DNA from: Stegostoma tigrinum
Lineage: Eukaryota
Reading direction: 5' to 3'
Length of the DNA: 64,000 nt
Assembly (NCBI RefSeq): GCF_030684315.1
Contig: NC_081365.1
Coordinates: 32,019,394 to 32,083,393 of the forward strand
The notes beneath the pieces were generated by a model that made no database searches, was not told where the DNA came from, and worked only from the letters and a program-made list of their open reading frames with translations. Positions 25,501 through 37,105 of this stretch are shown here, piece by piece. Positions within the stretch are counted from its first letter, which is position 1. Every line of letters begins with the position of its first letter. Both the position numbers and the translations under genes were made by a program.

Positions 25501-28099
25501 ACCTGATCCAAGAACTAATAACTAGTGTGACAAGTGAAAAGGATTCCCTAGTCCCACAAAGGTGGTGTAAGCCTTAACTGCTGCACCGAATCATACTCTT
25601 CACAATTATCTCCCTGGAAACTGCTATTTACTCTCAGCCCAGCTTTCTATCACCTTGAACTAACTTCCAGTATTTTAGGACAGCAATGAACAACTATTAA
25701 ATAACAATGATACCTAGTCTTGCTCCAAACCAAATATTCACCTAGTACTTTGTTATTCAGGAGTTAATAAACGATGTATTAACTGCTTACTTCGGAGTAT
25801 TTCTGAAATTTTGCTTGATACTTGGTGACACTGTGCTCACTTTACACTTTGCACATTCACAGATATTTCTGTGTACTTAGACCAAAATAAACATGAATGG
25901 CAACATTTTATTTGATCTTGGGAGTATGTTATTATCAGATGACCTGCTAATGACAAAGACTTCATAGGCTTTCTTGTTGTTTTTCCTCACAGGTAGAGAA
26001 TATTTATGGTGGGTATTGTCTTCTCTGGGTCCGATTCTCATAGCTGCAGTTGTTTATTTTCTACTAAAGTGTTCAAAAAAAGGTAAGATCCAGGAAATTT
26101 AAATCCTTGATGCTAAACCAAGAAAATTAACTTTTGTACATAGCTTGTGGAAATAAATGTAGTATTACTGTTTGCGCAATTTTTCAGACTTAATCTTGTG
26201 TTTCTGTATGTGTATGTATGCAGGAGATGAATGAATTTTACACCCACTCTGTGCAACTGTTTTGACTTGTATCATTGATAGCTGGCTGTACTTGTTTAGA
26301 ATGCTGTCTTTTCATATTTGAAACCAACCGTCTCAAAGCAGTTCCAACTGGATATGACCACTGAATACATTGTTGGCCTTTGGCATTCACAGAGTAGCCA
26401 AAGAAGGATATTATAGGAACTGGAAAAAGTCACAGGAGGGCATTGTGGGGTACTCTTTGAGATTGTTTAAGACAGAAGCAGCATAGAGACTGATTTATTC
26501 TGCATGTCCTATGTTATAATATAACATAGGTGTGCTTCATATTGATGTTGGCTTCACTTCTCATAAAATTCACAAAGCTGCTTATTTCAAATGCAATGGT
26601 GGCCATTCTTACAGTGTTCCAGGCCCTGACCTCTGGAATTTCCACCTAAAACTCGATATCTCTCTCGCTTTCTTTCCTCCATCAAGACATTCCTTAAAGT
26701 TACCATCCTGATCAAATTTCCAGCACTCTGCTTCTCATTATGTTGTGTAAGTTTATGTTCAATTTTATTTCATAACATTCCTGTCAAGCATCTTGACACA
26801 TTTTATTATATTAACAGCAGCATACAAATACAAGTGAAGGTATTGTTGGTTTGATAGTGGGTCTGATACGCAGTACGTATGGTGAAGTGTGAGATAATAA
26901 TTTAATTTTGGGGGCCAAAATGGAGAATTGTACTCTACAGAAATGAACCACTTGTAATTCCAGTAACCGTTTACATTAAATAAAAGCAGAAAATGATGGA
27001 AATGTTCATCAGACCAGGAAAGAGATAAATAGAGTTAACACTTCAGGTCAATGACTTTGTCATTAATTAGTTGTTTAAACTGTCTCCGAATATGTAGAAA
27101 CATAACCCAAAACAGTAATTAGTTTATACATTAAATAAATACAGTTTGTTCACATGTGAAGTCGTCTATCTTTCTCCATTGTGCTGGGTGCATTAAAAGT
27201 ATATATGTGATTTATAGAATAAAACTCAGAGTTCAGTGCAAATATGTTCACGCAGAGCATTTAATCTGTGGTTGTCACATTGTTATAAAAAAGCAAGTGA
27301 GAAGTTAGCACCTGACAGGAAGAAAAACAATAATGTAATAAGAAGTGACTCATTCATCTATTCAGATATCCCTTCCACAAACCATACACAAGTTGCCTTT
27401 TTACTAAGTCCACCTAACCTTCCCAATATCAAACAGGAAGCAGCAACATCACAAGAGTGTAAAAGCTCTGAGAGAGTATAGTCTGCACCCACGTGTAAAT
27501 AAGCAACAATAATGACTTGTGTTTCCTGGCAGTAGTCAATCGATCATAAAATTGGAGATTATTCATTTGTGAGTAGTTTTATAGTCCTTAGTGAAAGGAA
27601 GAGATAATTAGATCACACTTTTTCAAGTAATAAGTTGGCAGGCCGATAAAATTTGAGGTAGAGTTTAAAGAGCTGTTCTTGATGCCTGAGCTGAGGATTT
27701 TCTCAAATGACTGAAGCTGAACAATACTCATGCTAGCAATGCCATGAAATAAGAGTCTCATGGACAGAAAGAAACTTCCTGTACTAGTGTAAAATAATAA
27801 AAAAGTGACATTTTGGCATGGGTTCTCCAGCATTCATTTAGAGAACTGATATAGATTTGTCTGTTACTGTCAGTGCTTTAAGTGTATTCATATCACAACA
27901 TGAAATAAACAAAATAAATTATATCATACAATACATCTCTTTCTTGTTAGCAGAACCTGAAGACAATCAGATCTATGTTAATGTTGGCACGACATCAAGA
28001 ACTCAAGAGACTCCTGCATCAAGTCAGGGTTTTTATCAAACTTCAAATTATAGCTTTATTCATCACTTTCCTTTGAGAATATATGAAAATACATTTTAA
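22477..28099 (+). CDS. Non-rearranging IgSF type I receptor, leader-VJ-C1-TM-cytoplasmic tail, with CD28/CTLA-4-like V domain (join 22477-22531, 23690-24064, 24604-24912, 25993-26082, 27951-28099; 325 aa)
   Basis: Five exons are joined by GT-AG introns, all phase 1, giving an uninterrupted 978-nt frame. The domain order is signal peptide, Ig V-set, Ig C1-set, hydrophobic TM, Tyr-rich tail. The leader exon is the least certain part, and an extra cytoplasmic exon is possible. Confidence 0.85.
23690..24064 (+). CDS. Exon 2, Ig V-set domain with germline-joined J-like strand
   Basis: Acceptor tttttctttggaacag and donor G|GTATGA. Translation: VVLYCEDQVFQTPTVLRAFKGESVNITFSNWSIRKKVEMMHVSWWRSKQAENPVCSLTYINKMQIQNPLCDNRMSIILKLNASVTHFIIQDLQTNDSDLYYCKIAFHIPPPTVEIEGNKTSLVVA. 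It shows the V-set motifs Q-x-P, GESV, C-strand W, I-x-D-L-x-x-x-D-S-x-x-Y-Y-C and G-x-x-T-x-L-x-V. Confidence 0.95.
24362..24562 (+). mobile_element. V-SINE 3' half in intron 2 of the IgSF gene
   Basis: gtaggttaggtggattggatgtgctaagttgcc...ggcctgcttccacatggtaggg. Confidence 0.75.
24604..24912 (+). CDS. Exon 3, Ig C1-set domain
   Basis: Acceptor ttttttctcaag and donor G|GTATTT. The motifs PPVVEV, LVCKAENLYSGDVQMRW, SVTSYVNL and WKAGDVYSCLVNQSML match the C1-set pattern LxCxAxxFYPxxIxVxW ... WxxGxxYxCxVxH. Confidence 0.93.
25993..26082 (+). CDS. Exon 4, transmembrane segment (GREYLWWVLSSLGPILIAAVVYFLLKCSKK)
   Basis: Long pyrimidine tract ending in cctcacag; donor G|GTAAGA; 90 nt, phase 1/1; about 22 uncharged residues followed by a basic stop-transfer KCSKK. 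Confidence 0.92.
27951..28099 (+). CDS. Terminal exon, cytoplasmic tail (AEPEDNQIYVNVGTTSRTQETPASSQGFYQTSNYSFIHHFPLRIYENTF*)
   Basis: Acceptor catctctttcttgttag in phase 1, matching the TM exon; four tyrosines in signalling-type contexts; stop TAA at 28097-28099. Confidence 0.82.
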
Positions 28100-28103
28100 T
28101 AAA
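28098..28103 (+). promoter_or_regulatory. Candidate polyadenylation signal AATAAA overlapping the stop codon
   Basis: ttttAATAAAatg, followed by T/G-rich sequence (about 28150-28175). The region is AT-rich, so this could be chance. Confidence 0.4.
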
Positions 28104-29441
28104 ATGAAATGGTGGCAATGTTATGAAAAGGAAGCAGTCATTTCATAATTTGATATTGTTGTTTGTCTTATTACTGTATTAGAGCTGGGATCTGGTCTAC
28201 ATTTGGGACCACTTTGTGCATTGTGTCATATAAGCTTTGAAGAGGTATGCAAGGCAAAAATTGAGGTAGTATACCCAATGTGTTGCACAGTTTAACATGC
28301 ACCTGTTTGGAATGAATATTCTCCTAATTCTGATCATATCAGAGACCTTAAAATGTTTGCTTATGTTTCTTAAACTGAACTTTTTCATGATCTATGTTGT
28401 TTGTAAAGTTCTGTTGTTAGAAGTTATTCATTACTAATTTCTTATTAGTGTACTTTTTATTCTGTTTGGAGAATCACAGCATAATATTCTACACGGCAAA
28501 GAGCACAATTTAATTAAAGGCATATAGTCTGTTTTGAAATTATAATATAGCTTAAAGCTAGAGTCAATTATCCTTTACTATATCAACATATTATTACCCC
28601 AGCCAAGCATTCATCTTCTCCCAGCAAAGAGTAGCCTTCATCCCCTGGGACTTATCCATCTGCAGTAATAACAGCATTGAATGATCAGCTGGTTCAAAAT
28701 ATAGCTAAAATGATAATGTAGAGCACGAGAAATAACTTTTTGGCAATTTCAACCTATTACTTGAAAAAAACCACATTAAAGCTAGCATAAAATGAATTAT
28801 GCTCCATATTTAAAAAACAAACTTTTGAAAAGAAAACAGTAAGAATGCACTGTATGAATGTCAGACCATAATGTTCAACTAAACCTCAGTTAAACGGAAT
28901 GGGCTATAGCTAGAACAGAGAAGTCTGAAATTTGAGTGCACAATTTGCATCATCTGCATTGCCAAGAAATAATGGGCATAATTTTAACTGTGACGTCCAT
29001 GTCACTTGCATTCTTTTACTCTTTCCTGTTTCTCATGCAGTTCTAACTAAAAATCTAAGCACTAGTAACATATAAAGGAAACATATACAAATCCACAGCA
29101 GCAGAAGTTTTACATTGATGAAACCTTACGTTAGCTGACATCACTGCAATTACTGGCAGGAGAGAAAAATCTCCTGGGCCAAATAATGTAGCTTTGCATC
29201 ATGAACATAACTTTATTGCCAAACACCAGTGCCTATCTTCAATGATGCCTTCCTGGATTGCTGAATTCTCAACAATTTTTCCCTTTAGTGCTGCCTGAGG
29301 CTGGTGTTGCAAAAGCAACTTTATTGGTGGCCATGATCCTTCTTTGTCACATTCACTCCTCTGAGGCTGTAAGTGTACTTGCTGAATGAGACCCATAATT
29401 ATTTCTGCATTTGCACAGAGAGCAGGCAGTGAGATAAGAAC

Positions 29442-30060
29442 GTGACCAGAGATAATGGGAACTGCAGATGCTGGAGAATCCAAGATAACAAAGTGTGGAG
29501 CTGGATGAACACAGCAGGCCAGGCAGCACCTCAGGAGCACAAAAGCTGATGTTTCGGGCCTAGACCCTTCATCAGAGAGAGGGATGGGGAGAGGGTTCTG
29601 AAATAAATGGGGAGAGAGGGGGAGGCGGACCGAAGACAGATAGAGGAGAAGATAGGTGGAGTGGAGAGTATAGGTGGGGAGGGGATAGGTCAGTCTACTG
29701 CATCACCAAACCAGCCCAGCTCATCCCTGTTTCCCTAACCTGTTCTTCCTCTCACCGATCCCTTCCTCCCACCTCAAGCCGCACCTCCATTTCCCACCTA
29801 CCAACCTCATCCCACCTCCTTGACCTGCCTGTCCTCCCTGGACTGACCTATCCCCTCCCTACCTCCCCACCTATACTCTCCTCTACACCTATCTTCTCCT
29901 CTATCCATCTTCGGTCCACCTCCCCCTCTCTTCCTATTTGTTTCAGAACTCTCTCCCCATCCCCCTCTCTGAAGAAGGGTCTGGGCCCGAACCGTCAGTT
30001 TTTGTGCTTCTGAGATGCTGCTTGGCCTGCTGTGTTCATCCAGCTCCACACTTTGTTATC
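29442..30060. mobile_element. Penelope-derived inverted-repeat element
   Basis: Same family as 13.3-14.1 kb in the opposite orientation; 13-bp TSD gtgagataagaac at 29429-29441 and 30061-30073. Confidence 0.88.
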
Positions 30061-30679
30061 GTGAGATAAGAACATTTGTGTTCATGGATTTAAGCCATAG
30101 AACTGATGATTAGTTTCAACTCCTTCCATTTCCCATAATCAAAGTACTACAAGCTACACAAATGCCGCAAGGTTTTTTTCTGTACCGCTAAATTTATCTT
30201 AGAGATCTCTATAAAATATTCACGCTAATGAATATTCATTACTGGTGAATGTATTCCACATACAAGGCAACTAGACGATTGCCTGACGATCTATATGTCT
30301 CATGGATTCTGTTGACATAACCCAAACATTTGAACCCTCTATTATAAAACCAAGAACCACCTAACATTCAGCCAGCCAGGATGTCAAATTTTCCTTTCTT
30401 GCTGCCTGCAGAAAACCATCCCTTTATCTGCCGCAACCATTCAGACAATTTATGATTTGTTTACAGCTTTCACTGTTGTCGCTATTTCAATTAAGTAGTA
30501 AAGTATATATCATTAACTCCACTTGTTTTTGACTAATCATTGTTTGTGACACCGATACATGTTGTTAATTTAGTGGCTGAAGTTGTAATTGTTAATAAAT
30601 ATGGCATTGCACCTTTCACATTCTCAACATCCCAAGATGCTTCACAACGAATGATATTTATTGAGATATAAATCACAGT

Positions 30680-31441
30680 TGTTAAGATCCCAGACGATGT
30701 TACTACCGAACAAGTCACATCTGACTTGATAGATCATTTATACTTTTTGATTCTAATGAAGTGGTCTTTCAATGAAACACAATTACATAATGCTGCAGAT
30801 TATAATAAAACAGAAGTTTATTATGCAAATGAAATTAAGATAAAATAGAATAAGCCAAACTATTCACATATAATACAAGTTTACAAATTTTGAAATACCT
30901 GGTAAAACCACAATTCCCTTAACCGAAAACATCTATTTATAGTTCTCAAATACTGGAGACAATTCCTTTCTCACACAGGGTTTGACTAAGCTGTGATTTC
31001 AATTCCTGGTCATGAGAATCTGGTAATCTTTTCCTTGATTCAACATATAGCTGAGCTTCTCACAATCCCATCAGGTTTTTAACCAAACACTTCTGGCTTG
31101 GAACATCTAAACTAAACTCCTTACGCTGAGATAAATCTCTTCCTTCAAAGTCTTAAATTACCTTCCTTTCCCAGGAGCAAATGTTTTACATTTCAACCTT
31201 TGGCTAAGACTCCTACATACTGCCCAAGTGAAGACCAAAATCTAAACTTTTCAAGCTGTGGATATCTCCATAAGCCCAAAGAAAAAAAAATCCAGAACAT
31301 TCTATCTGAAGCCTTCATGTTTTACTATTTACTTTGCTCACTTGAACACTCTCCGACTATAAGCAAATGTCCACTGCCACCAAGATACTACTAAATTGCT
31401 AATTTTAGGAAGAAATCACTATAACGGCAGAAATACTTACA
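30680..31441. repeat. Possible solo LTR
   Basis: Segment bounded by TGTT...TACA with an internal tttatt; no TSD found. Confidence 0.25.
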
Positions 31442-33226
31442 AAATAATCATTATCCTCTTTAGACACATTTGCCACTAATTCAAAATTCCAGAAATCCAA
31501 AATGAACAATGTAAAATATTTATCAATCACATACCTTAGATAACTCTGTTGTGATGTGGCAAAACCTGTCAATGATTTGCTCACAAGGTTCCACTAATAG
31601 GCATATAATAAATGACCAGGTAGGCAGGAAGAATGAGGAGAAGCATCACAGTAGAAAGGCTATAATTCTAAAGTAGGAACAGAAGGATGTGGGTGTATAT
31701 ATGAATGGGGTACAGCAGGATGAGAACAGTTCATAAAGCACCCAGAATCTTGGGCTCTATAAACAGAGGCTCGGATAATAAAAACAACAGGGTTTTGATC
31801 AGTAACATGCCATTATGAACTCTTGATGCAGTTTGAGCCTGACATTAGGAACATGTTAAAAGGAGAAGGTAACTAGCAATGGGCTGAAGCTAAAATGTGA
31901 AGGGGCTTCTCAATATGGTTTCCTTTTTAATAGAAATTTGTAAATAATGTGTAACAAGTAGGGATCTTCCTCCGTGTACACTAAGCCCATGCACTTATTA
32001 ATAAAGTACATTTATTACATAGTAAGGGGTCAGAAACTGGGGCCTGATAACCTTAGTGTTTTTGCTGCCTGAGGCAGTTTTGAATCACATTGCATGTCAT
32101 TTGTGATGTCATTCGGTAACAAGAAATTTTGACTTGGTTAGAACTCTGTTTGGATTAATTCAAACAAGAAAGACGGGAACTGATATAGGAGAGGGCAATC
32201 TCACGCAAGTGGAAGGGGAGATTGCTGTTGGATAATAGTTTGTAAAGCCAGATAAGTTTTTGTTTGAGGAAGGGGGTGATTAAGGCAGATTCGAAGCCAG
32301 CATGATGACATATTTTGTAATGGCAACTGCTCATGGTTTTTGGTTAGGTTTGAGTGTTGCCATTTTTCTATCTCCACAATAATTTAACAAAAAATTATAA
32401 TTGCCAACTCTATGAGGGCACTGTAATGTAAGTAAAAATTTCCAAAGGAATCTTACAAATTTCAGATTAAGCTGTCATTTTAATAGATGGGATGATGCAG
32501 CTCAAGATTTGAAGTGTACAAGAAATTCCACGCTCCCTCTTCAATGATACGCTAATATCGATGTAACCATCACAGTATGGCAGGCTGTCAGGTTCAGTAT
32601 TTCCCTTCTGTGGCTCGCTGCCTGAACCTATTAGTGGCCACTATGGCCAGGACCCGGAGTAGAGCCATGAAGATGTCCTCCAACCTGCCCACCTCTCCCC
32701 GCACTAGGTCCCCAATTCTCAGGGGAATGGGACTGAAGGATAGCCTAAAATTTAAGAAAAGTGACACTAAAGACCATAGCAATCTACCTCAACATGACCT
32801 GCAGACTCCACAAGGCTGCAGATATCAGAGGCAGCCCGGAGTCTGTGGACACATTTAACTTATAACTGCGCAACTCTGTTGCATACAGCACACCCACATC
32901 CCAGGCCCCCATTGGTGAGGCGGTGGACTCACATTAACAGAGCCCTTCACCAGGAATCCACCATATAAAAAGTTAGAATACCAGGGCGTGTCCTGGAGAT
33001 AAGTGAAGATAAGAAGTGAAGGATATGTAGTGCAGTCTGTGCTGCCAACATCAGCATGATAACTGGAAGGATGAGGAGGGAATTTCCATGGAACAGCTCA
33101 AATAATGAGGAGCAGGTACCCAAGGGAGATCTCAGGGTCTGGAATTAAGTGAGATTCCATCTGAACAGGGGATCAATTCAGACGGGAGTCCACCATAGCC
33201 TAAAGCAACATCAATACGATGACATG

Positions 33227-34143
33227 TTGCAGATGACATGAAGATTGGTGGGGTAGCAGATAGTGAAGGGGACTGTCAGAGATTACAGCAGAATATAGAT
33301 AGGCTGTAGAGTTGGGCAGATAAATGGCAGATGGAGTTCAATCCGGGCAAATGCGAGGTGATGCATTTTGGAAGAACTAATTCAAGAACAAATTATACAG
33401 TAAATGGAAAAGACCTGTGGAAAATTGATGTACAGAGAGATATGGGTGTTCAGGTCCATTGTTTCCTGAAGGTGGCAACGCAGGTCAATAGATTGGTCAA
33501 GAAGGCATATAGCATGCCTTCCTTCATCGGAGGGGTATTGAGTACAAGAGTTGGCAGGTCATGTTACAGTTGTATAAGACATTGGTTCGGCCACATTTAG
33601 AGTACTGTGTACAGTTCTGGTCACCACATTACCAAAAGGATGTGGATGCTTTGGAGAGGGTGCAAAGGAGGTTCACCAGAGTGTTGCCTGGTATGGAGGG
33701 TGCTAGTTATGAAGAAGGGTTGAGTAGATTAGGATTATTTTCATTAGAAAGACGGAGATTGAGGGGGGACCTTATTGAGGTCTACCAAATCATGAGGGGT
33801 ATAGACAAGGTGGATAGCAAGAAGCTTTTTCCCAGAGTGGGGGACTCAATTACTAGGGGTCATGAGTTCAAAGTGAGAGGAGGAAAGTTTAAGGGAGATA
33901 TGTGTGGAAAGTTCTTTACACAGAGGGTGGTGGGTGCCTGGAACGCGTTGCCAGCGGAGGTGGTAGACGCAGACACGTTAGCGTCTTTCAAGATGTATCT
34001 GGACAGGTACATGGATAGGCGGGGAGCAAATGGACACAGACCCTTAGAAAATAGACGACAGGTTAGACAGAGGATCTCGATCAGCGCAGGCTTGGAGGAC
34101 TGAAGGGCCTGTTCCTGTGCTGTTATTTTCTTTGTTCTTTGTT
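33227..34143 (+). mobile_element. Young 5'-truncated CR1 LINE
   Basis: ADDMKIGG...WQMEFNPGKCEVMHFG, then one frameshift near 33530, then LYKTLVRPHLEYCVQFWSP...; ttctttg tail. Confidence 0.95.
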
Positions 34144-34659
34144 CATTGTAACACCATGAACATTGTCAGCATTCTGCTTCTGAAGCACAGTTCAAAGGCC
34201 TAACTAATTACCAGTGGTGGAGGGGAAACAACCATTGAGCCTTAATGAAAAGAGATACTTGTCCTAACAACAAGATATAATTTATTGCATGATCACAATA
34301 GGTGTAAGTTATATTAACTGGTTAGACACAACTACAAGAGCTAACATGACACAGAGGTGATGTTTCTTTCTGTTAGACTGAACTTTTTCCACCTAATGAC
34401 CATGTGACTCTATGTGATTAGGTAGAGCCTAATGTCATCTCCAACATTAACTTTTACATTAACTTATACGACAGTGGACAGAACTGAGAAGAGGGACCCT
34501 TTAACTTGTGTTTCTAACAAGAGAGACAGGAGACGAAGTTAGGAGGGAACAGGACATAGGTCCCATTGACAAAATAAGCTCAGAAGGAAATTAAGGACTG
34601 ATAGTAGAGAAATCAGAGAGAAAACCACATCAAGGGCAGGGAGCACATAGTTTCACAGA

Positions 34660-35690
34660 GCTATAGAGATGTACAGCATGGAAACAGACCCTTCGGTCCA
34701 ATTCACCCATGCTGACCGATATCCTAACTTAATCTAGCACCATTAGGCCCTTGTCCGTCTAACCCCTTCTTATTTATAGACTGATCGGATGCCTTTTAAA
34801 TGTTATAATTGTACCAGCCTCCACCACTTCCTTGCACTCTGCCTGAAAAAATTCATTACTCTGTGTGAAAATGTTTCCCCTTATGTCCCTTTTAAAACTG
34901 TCCCCTCTCACCTTAAACCTATTCACTCTATGCTTAGATTCCCCACCCCAGGAAAAAGACCTTGCCTATTTATCCCACCAATGACCCTCATGACTTTATT
35001 ACCCACGAGAAGGTCACCCCTCAGCCTCTGATGCTCCATGAAAAATAGCCTCAGCATATTCAGCCTATTCCTATTACTCAGACCCTCCAACCCTGGCAAC
35101 ATCCTTTTAAATCTTTTCTGAAGCCATCCAAGTTTCACAACATCCTTTCTGTAGCAGAGAGACAGGAATTGCCCACAGTGGTCTAATCAATGTCCTGTAC
35201 AGCCGCAAAATGACATCCCAACTCCTATACTCAGTACGCTGACCAATAAAAGCCAATGTACCAAACTCGTTCTTCACCATTCCCTGTCTACCTGCAATAC
35301 TATTTTCAAGGAACTATGAGCTTGTTCTCCAAGGTCTCTTTGTTGACTAACACTCTCCAGAACCTTACCATTAAGAATATAAATCCTTCCCAGTTTTGCC
35401 TTTCCAAAATGCAGCTCCTTCCATTTGCCTAAATTAAATTCCATCTGCCACTCCTTGGCCCATTGGGCCATGTTCTCAAAGTCCCATTGCACTGTGAGGC
35501 AACATACTTAACTGTCCACTACGCCACCAATTTTGTTGTCATCTGCAAACTTACTAACCATACTTCCTATGTTCACATCCAAATCATTTATAAAAAAGAC
35601 AAAGAGCAGTAGACCCAGCCCCGATCCTTATGGTCACTGCTAGTCACAGGTCTCCAGTCTGAAAAACAATGCTCTGCCATCACCCTCCGT
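34660..35690 (-). mobile_element. CR1 LINE 3' part
   Basis: Minus ORFs WAKEWQMEFNLGK and LQKRFKRMLPGLEGLS. Confidence 0.88.
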
Positions 35691-35854
35691 CTCCTGGAGT
35701 TGGGCATTATATTTCAAACAAAGGATTCTGGATAACCCAAGATGAAGGATGGATAAAAATTGTGAAGGTAAGAATGGCTCCTTTTTTTGAGATATTTTCA
35801 GTGTTGGAGCTGATATCCTCAAATTCTTGGAGTGATAATTACTGTTTTATAGGC

Positions 35855-36415
35855 TGATGCATTGTTTTGGAACTTTGGAAAAAGAAGAGACAAAAACAGT
35901 AGCACTTTAAAAAGGAGGCTGAGACATAAAGCAGAGACAACATCGGAGGTGAAAAAATAAACGGAGCAGTAAACCTGCACAGCTTTCTAACCAGGCAGTA
36001 AATGTTCATAGCTGACTGCCTCTGCTGTTTAGTTTCAAGCATCTCTGAACATTGGAGTTTGTTCTAAGAATAATGAATAAACAGTGAAATTCACAGCAGA
36101 TCTTGAGAGCTCACAACAGGGAAACAACTCAGTGGCTTTTTTAAAAGTGCAACCTTCCTGTCTTTTTCCTGTAAATACACAATAGTGAGAAGAATTTTTT
36201 TTTGCTATTATACATTTTATTGCAATCTGTCTCTTGATTAAACTTTAAAAATATAAAACATAGGTACAACATTATCCTGGCACGGTGTTTTTAGAGCAGT
36301 CAGACAGTGTTATTTTCTGGGTCTGTAGATTGTTAAGGAGCAAAGATGTCTTTTATTAGAGTGATGTGCTCTTCCTGTCGGATCTGGGAGATTAGGGAGA
36401 GTTTCCATGCTACTG
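35855..36415 (+). mobile_element. CR1 LINE 5' UTR and start of ORF1
   Basis: ATG near 36346 gives MSFIRVMCSSCRIWEIRESFH, the CxxC-xx-WE start typical of CR1 ORF1. Confidence 0.6.
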
Positions 36416-36747
36416 AGCAGCAGATTCAAAGATACTTAGCCCAAAAGCGTGAGGGAACTGAGGTTAGGGACAGAGGCAGCTGAATAGATAGTCTTAAACT
36501 TCCTGACTGTTCTGAGAACTTCTTACATTTGTCATTAGAGTTGAGGATAGAAGAGAAAGAGTTCAGGTTTTAAAGAAGACAGTTTGTAGTAGAAAAAGGA
36601 AGCCAATGGTTTTCTCTGCATTTCAAGTAATCCTGGAAAAATGAGCAATGTTGTAGACAGAAGTAGGATCCACCAATACACTATTCATTCACGTCTGTGA
36701 CGGATGATGAAAGAACTGACATGATAGAAAAATGAGCTCCCCACAGG

Positions 36748-37105
36748 GTAGCACAGTGGCTCAGTGGTTAGCACTGCTGCCTCACAGCACCTGGGGCCTG
36801 AGTTCACTTCCACCTTGGGTGACTGTCTGTGTGGAGTTTGCATGTTCTCCCAGTGTCTGTGTGGATTCTCTCTGGGCGCTCCAGTTTCCTCCTACAGTCT
36901 AAAGATGTGCAGGCTGGGTGGTTTGGCCATGCTAAATTGCCCTATAGTGTCCAGAGACATGTTGGCTAGGAGGGCTAGCCATGGTAAATGTTGGGTTGTG
37001 GGGATATGGTGGGGGATTGGGATTGAGTGGGAAGCCCTTCAGAGGGTCAGTGCAGACTGAATGAGCTGAATGGCCTCTTTTCACACTGTAGGGATGCTAT
37101 GTTCT
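36748..37105 (+). mobile_element. HE1/V-SINE
   Basis: tRNA head gcacagtggctcagtggttagcac, V-domain and tail. Confidence 0.88.

Noticed and set aside
23690-28099. Assigning the symbol CD28, CTLA4, TMIGD2 or NCR3
   Set aside because: The extra C1 exon and non-identical motifs prevent an orthology call without phylogeny or synteny.
34260-34472. Possible short solo LTR (TGTC...GACA)
   Set aside because: No TSD and no second copy in the window.
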